NCBI GenBank assembly: GCA_041677245.1
Contig: JBAYQJ010000007.1
Span: forward strand, 50,861 to 114,860
Origin: Spongiibacteraceae bacterium
Lineage (GTDB): Bacteria > Pseudomonadota > Gammaproteobacteria > Pseudomonadales > Dasaniaceae
Length of the DNA stretch: 64,000 nt
Direction: 5' to 3'
The first letter of the stretch is position 1, and every line of letters starts with the position of its first letter. The translations under genes and the position numbers were made by a program. Positions 8,713 to 18,350 of this stretch are shown one piece after another. The notes below the pieces were generated by a model. It was not told the origin of the DNA. It saw nothing but the letters and a program-made list of their open reading frames with translations, and made no database searches.

Positions 8713-10941
8713 ATGACTGTTCAATCTTCAGAAGCTAAAGATGCTGCTGTTATTTCTCGACGTGTGTGCCCGCTTTGCGAAGGGATGTGCGGTATTAATC
8801 TTACTCTTGAGGGCGATCAGGTTGTCAAAATTCAACCTGATAAAAATAATATTTGGAGTCAAGGGCATGTCTGTCCAAAAGGCACGCAATTAGGTGCATT
8901 GCATCATGACCCTGATCGATTGAAGCAGCCGATGATTCGCGAGGGTGATCAGTGGCGTGAAGCGTCCTGGGATGAAGCCTTTGAGCGTATTGAATACTTG
9001 GTTGCTGGCGTTCGTAAAAAATATGGCATTGATGCTTTTGCTGCATACATGGGCAATATGTCGGGTAAAGGTTTTTCTTCCAGCCGTTATATGATGCTGT
9101 TAATACAGCAGGCTAAGTTAAAGCGAATGTTCTCATCATCGACCGTCGATCAATTGCCCAAAAATTTAAGTAGCCATATCCTGTTTGGAAATATGTGGAA
9201 GATCCCTATTCCCGATATCGATCATTGTGATTTATTTGTCATTATGGGTGGTAATCCTGCAGCCTCTAAGGGCAGTATTTTTGCTCATCGCGATGCAATG
9301 AAAGGAATTCGCGATTTGCGTAAGCGCGGTGGCAAAGTCATTGTTATTGACCCGGTAAAAACTCAGACGGCGCAACAGGCTGACCAGTGGTTGCCGATTA
9401 AACCAGGTGCAGATGCTGCTCTATTACTTGCAGTAGCGCATGTTTTGTTTGCCGAAAATAAAGTCAAACTCGGCCATTTGGAACCCTTGTTAAAGGGGGT
9501 GGATGAATTAAAAACACTGGTTGAACAATACAGCCCGGAACGGGTAGCTGATTTCTGTGGCTTAGAGGCTGCGCAAATTCGGCAATTGGCTTTAACGATT
9601 GCCAATGCGCCGAAAGCGGCTATTTATGGACGAATTGGTACATGTACGCAGGCATTTGGCACCTTGGCTTCGTGGTTAGTTGACGTTATTGCAATATTGA
9701 CGGCCAATCTTGATTGTGTGGGAGGATCGATGTGGAGTACGCAGGTAGCCCCGCATCTTGATTTAACTCCGCCTTATCCATCGAATGCCCCTATTGTTGC
9801 ACCGCCGATACGGGTGCGTGGTGTCAACGGTGTACTCGGCCAGTATCCCGCTTCTTGTTTGGCAGAAGAGATCGACACGGCTGGAGAGGGGCAGATTAAA
9901 GCGTTGCTGACACTGGCTTCTAACCCGGTATTAAGTACACCAGGTTCGCAGCGGCTTGAGGAGGCGCTGCCACAATTAGAGTGTATGGTCAGTTTGGATA
10001 TTTATATCAATGAAACGACTCGTCATGCCCATGTTATTTTGCCCAGCCCGTCATTATTGGAGCAGCCGCACTGGGATGTTTGGGCTTGGCCGTGGTGTCT
10101 GACGAGTGGTGGTCACTATTCACCAGCTACATTTGTACCGTTAGATAGGCCAGAAGAGTGGGAGGTAATGGCAAGGCTGGGGGCCATTTTGGGTGGCAAG
10201 ACTTCGGCTGAGATTGATGTTAATGAAATAGATAATGCATATTTTGCTCAAATGTGTGATCAGGTGGGTATTCAGCAGGACCATGCTTTTGCGTTGATGC
10301 CTCAGAACGGCCCTGAACGTATTCTCGATTTGTGCATCAGGACAGGTCCCTTTGGTGATCGTTTGGGTGAAAATCCGAATGGATTAACCCTTCAGCATTT
10401 TAAAGATGCGCCCGATGGTTTGTTATTCGGACACGCCAAGCCCCAGGGCGCGGCGGCGATCAGCACCCCGAGTGGCAAGATTGAGCTGGTTCATTCTCAC
10501 TTTATCAACGACTTACCCCGTTTGAATCGCGCTATCGATGAACAGGATGGTACGGGTTTGTTGTTGGTGAGTCGTCGGCATTTGGGGTCAATGAATTCGT
10601 GGATGCACAACATTGATAAGTTAGTACGGGGTAAAGAGCGTTGTACCTTACAAATGCATCCTCTGGATGCCACAGCGGCTGCTGTTAGCGATGGCGACCA
10701 GGTGGTCGTCGCTAGTGAAAGCGGCCGTGTGACAGCCACTGTTGAAATAACCAATAAGATACGTCAAGGCATTGTCTGCTTACCCCATGGCTGGGGGCAT
10801 CACAGCTCTGAACATTTACATGTCGCCCAACAGCATCCCGGAGTGAATATTAATCAACTCAGTCCTGGGCGAATGGTCGATGAAGCTTCGGGCAATGCTG
10901 TGCTTAATGGTATTCCAATAACACTCGAAAAAATTGCATAA
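8713..10941 (+). CDS. molybdopterin (bis-MGD) oxidoreductase family protein, cytoplasmic type
   Basis: N-terminal 4Fe-4S Mo/W-bisMGD cysteine motif CPLCEGMCGINLTLEG...GHVCPKG. Length of 742 aa, no Tat signal, and a C-terminal molydop-binding-like block (VVVASESGRVTATVEITNKIRQGIVCLPHGWGH). Confidence 0.85.
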   Translation: MTVQSSEAKDAAVISRRVCPLCEGMCGINLTLEGDQVVKIQPDKNNIWSQGHVCPKGTQLGALHHDPDRLKQPMIREGDQWREASWDEAFERIEYLVAGVRKKYGIDAFAAYMGNMSGKGFSSSRYMMLLIQQAKLKRMFSSSTVDQLPKNLSSHILFGNMWKIPIPDIDHCDLFVIMGGNPAASKGSIFAHRDAMKGIRDLRKRGGKVIVIDPVKTQTAQQADQWLPIKPGADAALLLAVAHVLFAENKVKLGHLEPLLKGVDELKTLVEQYSPERVADFCGLEAAQIRQLALTIANAPKAAIYGRIGTCTQAFGTLASWLVDVIAILTANLDCVGGSMWSTQVAPHLDLTPPYPSNAPIVAPPIRVRGVNGVLGQYPASCLAEEIDTAGEGQIKALLTLASNPVLSTPGSQRLEEALPQLECMVSLDIYINETTRHAHVILPSPSLLEQPHWDVWAWPWCLTSGGHYSPATFVPLDRPEEWEVMARLGAILGGKTSAEIDVNEIDNAYFAQMCDQVGIQQDHAFALMPQNGPERILDLCIRTGPFGDRLGENPNGLTLQHFKDAPDGLLFGHAKPQGAAAISTPSGKIELVHSHFINDLPRLNRAIDEQDGTGLLLVSRRHLGSMNSWMHNIDKLVRGKERCTLQMHPLDATAAAVSDGDQVVVASESGRVTATVEITNKIRQGIVCLPHGWGHHSSEHLHVAQQHPGVNINQLSPGRMVDEASGNAVLNGIPITLEKIA

Positions 10942-10993
10942 ATTAATTTGTTGTTGTGTAAGGGGTAGCGCCCATCATCAAACGGATATAGTT

Positions 10994-11416
10994 ATGAATA
11001 AAGAAAAATTAGCGCGAGATTTTATTCGTCAGTTTGAAAAAAGCTGGCCAGCGGATTTGCGGCAGGCTTTATCAATATTGGCCGACGATGCGTATTATCA
11101 AATGGTCGTGCCGACAATAAAATCGGTCCACGGTAAAGAGGCGATTATAGATGCCTTAGAAGTCATGAAAACCAAAGTCGCAGATCAACGCCATGAAATT
11201 ATAAATGTCGCGAGTAGTGGTGATGTGGTGTTTACCGAAAGAATTGACTATTCATTGCGTCATCAAAAGTGGGTGCCTATTCCGTTAGTAGCTGTTTTTG
11301 AAATTAATGATGAAGGAAAAATCTGTACGTGGCGTGAATATCTAGATTTGTATTCAAATATGAAAAACCATGGTTTGTCATTTGAGGAAATGAAAGAGAC
11401 TATAGACGCATTATGA
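10994..11416 (+). CDS. NTF2-fold protein, limonene-1,2-epoxide hydrolase (LEH)-like
   Basis: About 140 aa. Contains VVFTERIDY (R-x-D) and ICTWREYLDL blocks. Paralog of 15200-15637. I prefer the internal ATG at 10994 over the track start at 10934, whose extension MHKLICCCVRGSAHH looks non-native. Confidence 0.7.
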   Translation: MNKEKLARDFIRQFEKSWPADLRQALSILADDAYYQMVVPTIKSVHGKEAIIDALEVMKTKVADQRHEIINVASSGDVVFTERIDYSLRHQKWVPIPLVAVFEINDEGKICTWREYLDLYSNMKNHGLSFEEMKETIDAL

Positions 11417-11483
11417 TAGAAAAATAAATCGAGGGAAAAGCAATATTTAATTTGATCACTGCTAATAAAAAAAGGAAATAACT

Positions 11484-13859
11484 GTGACCACTGCAATCAT
11501 TAAAAAAATCAACTCAGCTTTAATATTTACGCCTTTATTGTTAACTCTGCCAGTTTCCGGTTTGGCTGTTGAAGACGTCAGTAAGTCCAAAATGTTAGAA
11601 GAAGTGATGGTGAGTGCGCGCCGTAGTCAGGAAGACAGTCAGTCGGTTCCCGTCACCATGCAGGCTTTCGGTAGCGAAGGATTACGGGAAGAGTCTATCG
11701 TATTATTAAAAGACCTGATGTATACCGTACCCGGTTTATTTATGGGCGGTGGTGGCCCGCAGGAGAATGCAATCTATTCAATTCGTGGCCAGGGGCGACC
11801 AGTGGCAGGCGCCGGTCAACCAGGGGTTCTAACCTATTTTGCCGATGTGCCGATGCCGACATTTGCCAGCTCGGTACCCGCTTATGATATTGCCAGTGTT
11901 CAGGTGCTAAAGGGGCCGCAGGGCACCTTGTTTGGCCGCAATACTACTGGCGGTGCTATTTTAGTATATCCGGGGTCGCCGGATTATAATTTTGGTGGCT
12001 ATGTGGATACCAGTGTGGGTAATAATAACTTGCACACGCTTGAGGGGATGGTCAATGTCCCTTTGGTCGACAATAAGCTGGCTTTACGGGTGGCCGGCTA
12101 TTTCGATCGCAGGGATGGTTTGATTGAGAACGTGGGTACTGGCGATGACCTGGATGATTTACATTCTGATAATATTCGTGTTTCGTTATTGTGGGATCCA
12201 ACAGAGAGTATTTCAAATACTTTTATCTATGAATATCGCAAACAACGGCAAAGCGGAAATGCGCCGCGTATTATTGAAACAACGGCGGCCGTTTCTTTGT
12301 ACGGTCCGGGTCTTGAAGCGCTATCGATAGCTGCCGCAGACAGGCAGCAACAACTAGGCCCCTGGAAGGTCGATTATGGCGACTATAAGCCTCGCAGTGA
12401 TGTTGATATTAAAGGTTTTTATAACCGTACTGAAATCGAGTTGGGCGGTGCTACCTTGACGAATATCATAGGTTACCGTGAACAAGAATGGATTAATGAA
12501 GTGAATACGGATGGTTTTCCTGGTTATGAAAGTGATTTTGGTAATACAGTGGGTTTTATTATTTCGCACAATGTTTATACCAATCAGCAGCTCAGTAATG
12601 AGCTGCAATTAAAAGGTAAAGCGTTCGATGACAAAGTCGATTGGCTGGTGGGCGGGTTTTACCTCACTGACGAGCCGCAGGGGCCTTATGGCTCGGATTT
12701 GGACTTCTTTTTTTCTACCAGCGGTCGTTTTAGTTATTCATTTAATGAGCAGCGCAGTAGGGCTGCATTTGCGAATATATCGATTGATTTAGGGGCTTGG
12801 CTTGAAGGCTTGTCGTTTAATATAGGCTACCGCTATACCAAGGATGATTATGCAACCTGCGCGGGTGCAGGAGAAGATGCCGCTCCCTATGGGGTTGGGT
12901 TGAAAGACTGCCCTAATGATTCGCGATTGGTGGCAAGTACTGTCGCCGACCTAAAAACAGATTCTTCGGCTGATACTTGGATCATTGGTTTGGATTATCA
13001 GGTCAACGACGATGTGTTCGTTTATGCTGCTAGTCGTAAAGGTTATCGTGCCGGTGGTATTAATACCCCCGCCTTCGGTGACGGTTTAAAACCGGTGCAG
13101 TTTTTTGACCCCGATGAAGTGATTGATGTTGAGGTAGGGCTGCGTTCAGATTGGCAGCTGGGTGAAACTCATGGCCGTTTAAATGCGTCCTACTTTTACG
13201 CCATATCAAAAGATGTACAGTACACATTGAACGGTGTGCAAACACTACCTAACTGTGATCCATTAAACCCGGTAACACCATCTTCGCCGGATGGTGACTG
13301 TAACAGCTCTAATGATCCTAACCTGACAGTATTGCTTATCAATGCTGGCGATGCCATTACTCAGGGCGGGGAGCTGGAATTGACAGTAATGCCTACAGAT
13401 AATTTAAGTTTTGGTCTTAATGCGACGTTATTGGATCAAAAAACTGATAAGTTTACCCCTGATGCGTCAGTCGCATGGAAGTTTGTCAATGGCGCTAATG
13501 AGATCCCGTTCAATTATCAGCCGAAACTAAGTTATAACGCTAATGTTCGTTATGTGTTGCCCATGAGTTCAGAGCTGGGGGAGGTGGTGTTAAATTTTGA
13601 TTATTTCTGGTCAGATTCGCTGACCTTTACAGAATATGAAACTGACTCTTATGGTTTGATGAATATGCGTGCGGACTGGAATTCAGTGGCGGGATCAAGT
13701 TGGGATGTAGGCATTTATGTGCGTAATTTGGCAGACGAAGACGCTGTTATCAGCAGTTCTTTATCGACCGCCTCAATGCCAGTTCGCTCAGGGGTCTATA
13801 CCGATCCGCGCGTTTATGGGCTGACTGCGCGCTATCGTTTTGGTGTTAATGGTCGTTGA
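11484..13859 (+). CDS. TonB-dependent receptor
   Basis: Signal peptide, then plug-start MLEEVMVSARR, VLKGPQGTLFGRNTTGGAI, long beta-barrel repeats and the terminal YGLTARYRF motif. GTG start. Confidence 0.9.
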   Translation: MTTAIIKKINSALIFTPLLLTLPVSGLAVEDVSKSKMLEEVMVSARRSQEDSQSVPVTMQAFGSEGLREESIVLLKDLMYTVPGLFMGGGGPQENAIYSIRGQGRPVAGAGQPGVLTYFADVPMPTFASSVPAYDIASVQVLKGPQGTLFGRNTTGGAILVYPGSPDYNFGGYVDTSVGNNNLHTLEGMVNVPLVDNKLALRVAGYFDRRDGLIENVGTGDDLDDLHSDNIRVSLLWDPTESISNTFIYEYRKQRQSGNAPRIIETTAAVSLYGPGLEALSIAAADRQQQLGPWKVDYGDYKPRSDVDIKGFYNRTEIELGGATLTNIIGYREQEWINEVNTDGFPGYESDFGNTVGFIISHNVYTNQQLSNELQLKGKAFDDKVDWLVGGFYLTDEPQGPYGSDLDFFFSTSGRFSYSFNEQRSRAAFANISIDLGAWLEGLSFNIGYRYTKDDYATCAGAGEDAAPYGVGLKDCPNDSRLVASTVADLKTDSSADTWIIGLDYQVNDDVFVYAASRKGYRAGGINTPAFGDGLKPVQFFDPDEVIDVEVGLRSDWQLGETHGRLNASYFYAISKDVQYTLNGVQTLPNCDPLNPVTPSSPDGDCNSSNDPNLTVLLINAGDAITQGGELELTVMPTDNLSFGLNATLLDQKTDKFTPDASVAWKFVNGANEIPFNYQPKLSYNANVRYVLPMSSELGEVVLNFDYFWSDSLTFTEYETDSYGLMNMRADWNSVAGSSWDVGIYVRNLADEDAVISSSLSTASMPVRSGVYTDPRVYGLTARYRFGVNGR

Positions 13860-14149
13860 AAACTTAAGTCACTACCTGATATGGGTTCGCGGTAGTGGCT
13901 AAGTCCAACCAACGAATCAATGTTTGCTTTGACAATTATACTGCTTTGAGGCAACGTCATCGATTGCTGATGCATGCCATGGGTATTTTACAATTGAGTG
14001 AAATAATCCTCCATAACAATAACGGAGTCTATCAAGTAGGCAGCATGGTTTGCGGGCAAGTCTTATCATTGTATCGATGTGTAACTTACTATCGAACTGG
14101 CATGATTGTTGAGCATGGTTCGAGTTGGTTGTTACGGCTAACGAAATGA

Positions 14150-15076
14150 ATGCTCCTATATAGGAACGCTACTATGCAAACGCTTCATAATCTGGCTTTT
14201 GAAGCACGTAGTCCTCTTATGGACGCTAAAATAGAAGGTAGGTTATCTGATCCTGCCTATGATATTACCATTTATGATGTTAACTGGACTGCGCCTGGTG
14301 AAGGTTTATTTAGCCCCAAGGATCATTGTTTTGTCGAGTTATTATATTATCCCGTAGAGCATATTTTAGGGCGTTATCCTCAGCAACATAAAAATAACCG
14401 ATTAAAAAAACTGGGTAATGTTTTAGTTGTTCCGCCGAGGGCGTCGCTGGAAACAAGTTGGACTACAGGTAGCCAAAAAACGCTGTCATGCCTGTTTAAT
14501 CTGTCGAAATTGGGCTTGGTTGGTGGTTTTGATTGGCGGTGGGAAAATATTGAGCTGGAATCAACACTCGATATTGATAACCCGTACATGGAGATGTTAC
14601 TTAGGCGTTTGGCACAAGAAACTTCAGCTCCTGGGTTTGCCAGTAAAATGCAAGCGGGTTGTTTGCTGACTTTAATTGCATTGGAAATACGTCGCCAGTT
14701 TCCTGAGTTAGGTACTAATGAAGCGGTCAGTGATGCGTGTTTAAGTGCGGCTCAAATTGATACCCTAAGCGATATGATAGAGTCGTCTACAGGCGCGGGA
14801 CCATCGCTTAGCACTTTGGCGTTAGCTTGTGATTTGCCGCCACGGCAGCTTTCAGTCAGCTTTAAAAATACTACGGGTAAAACCTTGAGGCAATTTATTG
14901 CTGATTCGAGAATTAATAAAGCGAAAGCCTTATTGCTCGACCGCCATTTATTAATTAAAGAAGTTGCGTATCTCAGCGGCTTTCAAAATGCAGCGGCATT
15001 TACTGCTGCTTTTCGTAAGGCGGTGCAGTTGACGCCGCAGCAATTTCGAGAGCAAGGTGGGCTGACCTATACTTAA
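14150..15076 (+). CDS. AraC family transcriptional regulator
   Basis: C-terminal double HTH: LSTLALACDLPPRQLSVSFKNTTGKTLRQFIADSRINKAKALLLDRHLLIKEVAYLSGFQNAAAFTAAFRKAVQLTPQQFRE. The start may instead be ATG 14174. Confidence 0.85.
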   Translation: MLLYRNATMQTLHNLAFEARSPLMDAKIEGRLSDPAYDITIYDVNWTAPGEGLFSPKDHCFVELLYYPVEHILGRYPQQHKNNRLKKLGNVLVVPPRASLETSWTTGSQKTLSCLFNLSKLGLVGGFDWRWENIELESTLDIDNPYMEMLLRRLAQETSAPGFASKMQAGCLLTLIALEIRRQFPELGTNEAVSDACLSAAQIDTLSDMIESSTGAGPSLSTLALACDLPPRQLSVSFKNTTGKTLRQFIADSRINKAKALLLDRHLLIKEVAYLSGFQNAAAFTAAFRKAVQLTPQQFREQGGLTYT

Positions 15077-15199
15077 GTGGGTTTATGTCTAAAACAACAT
15101 TGAGCAATGCTTGATTGCTTCTCGACAATAGTACCAGTGGTTGCCAACTTCCAGGGTGAGTCTTTACTATAAAGTCATTAAAAACCTGAGGCGTGTACT

Positions 15200-15637
15200 A
15201 TGTCGAAATATCAAGAACAAATTATTGAAAAATTAATTGCGACGGTAGCTACCGGGTGGCCAGAAGATCTTGATAATACCATGGCTGACATTGCCGAAGA
15301 TGCCGAATATATCATGATTGTTCCTACTACACCGGCAATAAAAGGTAAGGCGGCTATTCGTAGTGAAATACAAGCTATGATGGCGATGTATGAATCCAAT
15401 CGTAGCACTATATTGCGTATAGGTTCATCAGATAATAGTGTGTTTACCGAGCGTGTTGATGGGGCCAAAACTGCAAGTGGCTGGATCGATATTCCAGTGA
15501 TGGCGGTATTTGATTTTAATGATAAGGATCAAATTATTTCCTGGAGAGAATATATGGATCTTGCCAACATTGTTCGCCAGCAAGGTGAGGGCGCTATTAT
15601 TGGTTTGCCGGAAGGTGTTCGCACCTTGTTTAAATAA
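15200..15637 (+). CDS. NTF2-fold protein, limonene-1,2-epoxide hydrolase (LEH)-like (paralog)
   Basis: Aligns by eye with 10994-11416: DAEYIMIVPT / DAYYQMVVPT, SVFTERVDG / VVFTERIDY, IISWREYMDL / ICTWREYLDL. Confidence 0.7.
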   Translation: MSKYQEQIIEKLIATVATGWPEDLDNTMADIAEDAEYIMIVPTTPAIKGKAAIRSEIQAMMAMYESNRSTILRIGSSDNSVFTERVDGAKTASGWIDIPVMAVFDFNDKDQIISWREYMDLANIVRQQGEGAIIGLPEGVRTLFK

Positions 15638-15691
15638 TAGGATCTATATAACTGTATTATTTAACTCTCCTATTTTAAAGAATATATTTCT

Positions 15692-17062
15692 ATGGACGAT
15701 TATTTAGCTACTGATTCACTTGATATAAAAGTTAAAGCGGGGTTGGCGAAACTATTTCCGGATAGCTTTATTGTTGAGTGTAAGCGGCAAGCTCGTTGGC
15801 GTCCTTCGTGGGATGTGACGATAAAAATAAAAGGAATCTTAACCAGTATCAACGTTCGCGCTGAAAAAGGTCAGAACTATGTTGGCCCGCTAAGCCTAGA
15901 GCAAGAAGCTAAAATTCATGATGTTCTCGAACGGCATGGTATTCCCGTACCGCATGTCTATGGCATGCTTGATGATCCAGTTGCCATTGTGATGGATGTT
16001 ATCCCCGGGAAGATTAATTTAGCCACAGCAGATAGTGATGTTGCTCGCCAAGCCGTGCGGAAACAATATGTGAGTGTGCTGGCAGATATTCATCGTATTC
16101 CCATTGAAGCGTTTGCCTCGATTGGTTTGCAGCCTCCGGCTTCGCCGCAAAAAGTTGCACTTAATCTTTATCAACAATGCGAAAAAATTTATCGGCAGCG
16201 AATGTCTGACAGGCATTTTCCTTTGATGGAATTTATATGGCGCTGGGTGAAGAATAATGCCCCTAAACATCGCCAACGCTCTGCCTTTGTTACAGCAGAT
16301 TCTGGTCAGTTTTTATTTGATGGAGATAAGTTGACTGGCTTGATTGATTTTGAAGTAGGTTACATTGGTGACCCATTGGCAGAGTTTTCAGGGATGCGCT
16401 TGCGTGATAGCACTGAACCACTAGGCGATATTAATACATTAATAGATCAGTATGAGGCATTAACCGGTGATACCATCGATCATCACAGTGTTGAATACCA
16501 TACGGCTGGCTTTTGTGCTGTTAATGGATTTTTGTTGTGGCCTTTAGCCTTTTCTCCAGGTGTTGACGACGATTATGTGGCTTATCTCAGTTTTAGTGTG
16601 GGCACCAGTCGCTGGGCAATCACAGCTATTGCCGAAGTGATGGGGGTTGAGTTAGGTGGCGTGGCGTTACCAGAGCCCTTGCCGTTAACATTTACAGCTG
16701 CGGGCAATCATTTAGTGGCGGCTATTGATTCTATGCCCGCGGGTGATGAGAATCAGCACTATGAACAAAGTAAAACACTATCTTTGGCTCGTTTTATGGA
16801 ACGCAGTAATCGTTACGGGCGCTCGATTATGATGGCCACCCTCGAAGATATCTCGAAGATAGTGGGCAGGCCGTTCGACAGCCTTGAACAGGCTGAGATA
16901 GCCCTGACAGATTTTATTAAAACAGCAAGTGATCAACAAGATCGACAGTTGGTAAGATATTTTCATCGCTGGCTACAACGACAAAATTTTATTCTTCAAG
17001 GCTGTGGGCAGTCTGCGTATCTTACCAATATGGATTTACAGGTTATCAACCCGCGCAACTAG
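15692..17062 (+). CDS. phosphotransferase (APH / choline-kinase-like) family protein
   Basis: LTGLIDFEVGYIGDPLAEF resembles the APH Mg-binding D-x-E...GDP..D block. 456 aa with a C-terminal extension I do not recognise. Confidence 0.65.
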   Translation: MDDYLATDSLDIKVKAGLAKLFPDSFIVECKRQARWRPSWDVTIKIKGILTSINVRAEKGQNYVGPLSLEQEAKIHDVLERHGIPVPHVYGMLDDPVAIVMDVIPGKINLATADSDVARQAVRKQYVSVLADIHRIPIEAFASIGLQPPASPQKVALNLYQQCEKIYRQRMSDRHFPLMEFIWRWVKNNAPKHRQRSAFVTADSGQFLFDGDKLTGLIDFEVGYIGDPLAEFSGMRLRDSTEPLGDINTLIDQYEALTGDTIDHHSVEYHTAGFCAVNGFLLWPLAFSPGVDDDYVAYLSFSVGTSRWAITAIAEVMGVELGGVALPEPLPLTFTAAGNHLVAAIDSMPAGDENQHYEQSKTLSLARFMERSNRYGRSIMMATLEDISKIVGRPFDSLEQAEIALTDFIKTASDQQDRQLVRYFHRWLQRQNFILQGCGQSAYLTNMDLQVINPRN

Positions 17063-17088
17063 ATAAATATCAAAACGATTGCGTAACA

Positions 17089-17107
17089 AACATCCTCCTA
17101 GGATGTT
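17089..17107 (+). terminator. hairpin after the phosphotransferase gene (weak T-tract)
   Basis: AACATCCT cct AGGATGTT followed by gttattgc. Confidence 0.3.
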
Positions 17108-17156
17108 GTTATTGCAATATATTATCGCCGTCTTTTGACGGCCTACTGGAGATACA

Positions 17157-17558
17157 ATGAGCAATCTTGATGAAGCGACTATTCGTGCATTCCTTACTAA
17201 AAAAGTTGAGTTGTGGAACGAGGCGAAAACCGATGAATTGGAGGATCTTTATCGAAAAATAGCGCCGGAGGGCATTGTCTTTGAGTTTGTGGGGGCACCA
17301 AAAATCAACGACAGCTATAAAGCTCTGCGTAAAATGTGTGCAGACTGGGGCGGTCACATCGCCATTGAGCTGGTGGACGTGCTGATTAATGGTAATGAAG
17401 TGGCTTGTTACGTAAAAAATAACCGCCTTGCACAGCCAGGAAGCTTTGTCCCTAGTATAGAAACCTACACTTTTGAAGGCGGGCGACTGCTGGAGCGTTA
17501 CTTTCATAATAGTCCAACAGCCGAGGCCTTTGTGGCTGAGGTCAATAGCCAGAGTTAA
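17157..17558 (+). CDS. NTF2/SnoaL-like small protein
   Basis: 133 aa. The N-terminal helix (IRAFLTKKVELWNEAKTDELEDLY) and beta-rich C-terminus are typical of SnoaL/NTF2-like proteins. Third such gene in the island. Confidence 0.55.
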   Translation: MSNLDEATIRAFLTKKVELWNEAKTDELEDLYRKIAPEGIVFEFVGAPKINDSYKALRKMCADWGGHIAIELVDVLINGNEVACYVKNNRLAQPGSFVPSIETYTFEGGRLLERYFHNSPTAEAFVAEVNSQS

Positions 17559-17647
17559 AGTTACAGGCTCTGCTCTAATAAAAAATTGGCAATATTTGTT
17601 AACTAGGCTGGACTGAGTTTAAAAAACAAGTATTGCTGTGTTGTATG

Positions 17648-18340
17648 CTATTTTCGCCACAACATCATTGGTGCGGCAGTGGGAGATATCTTGGTGAATA
17701 CCACCCAATCGTTACCATCACCAAAGGTGCCCTCAATATACCAGTCCATGCGTACAAATAAATCTTGATAGCCATCACGATTGAAGTCTCCTCGTGCCAC
17801 CTCTACATAATTTACTACCATTTCATCATAAGAAACTTTAACACTATGATTGCCTGATTCTATCAAGGTCAGGTTTGATTCATGCTTGGCCAAATTCCCT
17901 GTGCGGTTATCTAAGCCTTGGCCCCCTAGGTAAGGGATAGATGTAGAAGGGAGCATTTTGAGCAGTGATAAATCGAATATAGACGGCCAGTAACTAACAG
18001 CAGTTTTCGGTGCATTATAAAATCTCATTGCAGCCTCGCAGTCAGTTTTAAGTAAATCCCAGCGTGCAAACTCTCTTTCAGAAATTTTCCCATCGCCCAA
18101 GGACGATACCTCTAAACAGTTTTTAACTTTAACCATCTCGCCATCAGTACCTGAATAGGTAGCATCAAACTCTAAGTCGTAATAACTGCCTCCCATAGAA
18201 TCAAGGTTTTCAAAATTATTTACGTTATACCAGCGCGGCTCCTGGTTTTCTTCCTTTGGTTTTATGTTTGTAACTTGGCACGCGCACAAGCCGAAAAGTG
18301 ATGCAATAAAGGGAGTGCAGAGCAAAGTTTTTGGTTTCAT
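17648..18340 (-). CDS. lipoprotein-signal protein of unknown function (candidate immunity/partner of the lysozyme)
   Basis: I use the internal ATG at 18340, with GGAGAT upstream and the lysozyme stop 10 nt before it. Signal peptide MKPKTLLCTPFIASLFGLCAC. One integrin-type Ca loop, DFNRDGYQD. Confidence 0.6.
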   Translation of the reverse strand: MKPKTLLCTPFIASLFGLCACQVTNIKPKEENQEPRWYNVNNFENLDSMGGSYYDLEFDATYSGTDGEMVKVKNCLEVSSLGDGKISEREFARWDLLKTDCEAAMRFYNAPKTAVSYWPSIFDLSLLKMLPSTSIPYLGGQGLDNRTGNLAKHESNLTLIESGNHSVKVSYDEMVVNYVEVARGDFNRDGYQDLFVRMDWYIEGTFGDGNDWVVFTKISPTAAPMMLWRK

Positions 18341-18350
18341 GATCATCTCC

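Noticed and set aside
13895-14149. 84-aa ORF between the TonB-dependent receptor and AraC genes
   Set aside because: It has no RBS or motif, its composition is odd, and it abuts the AraC start. It is probably non-coding.
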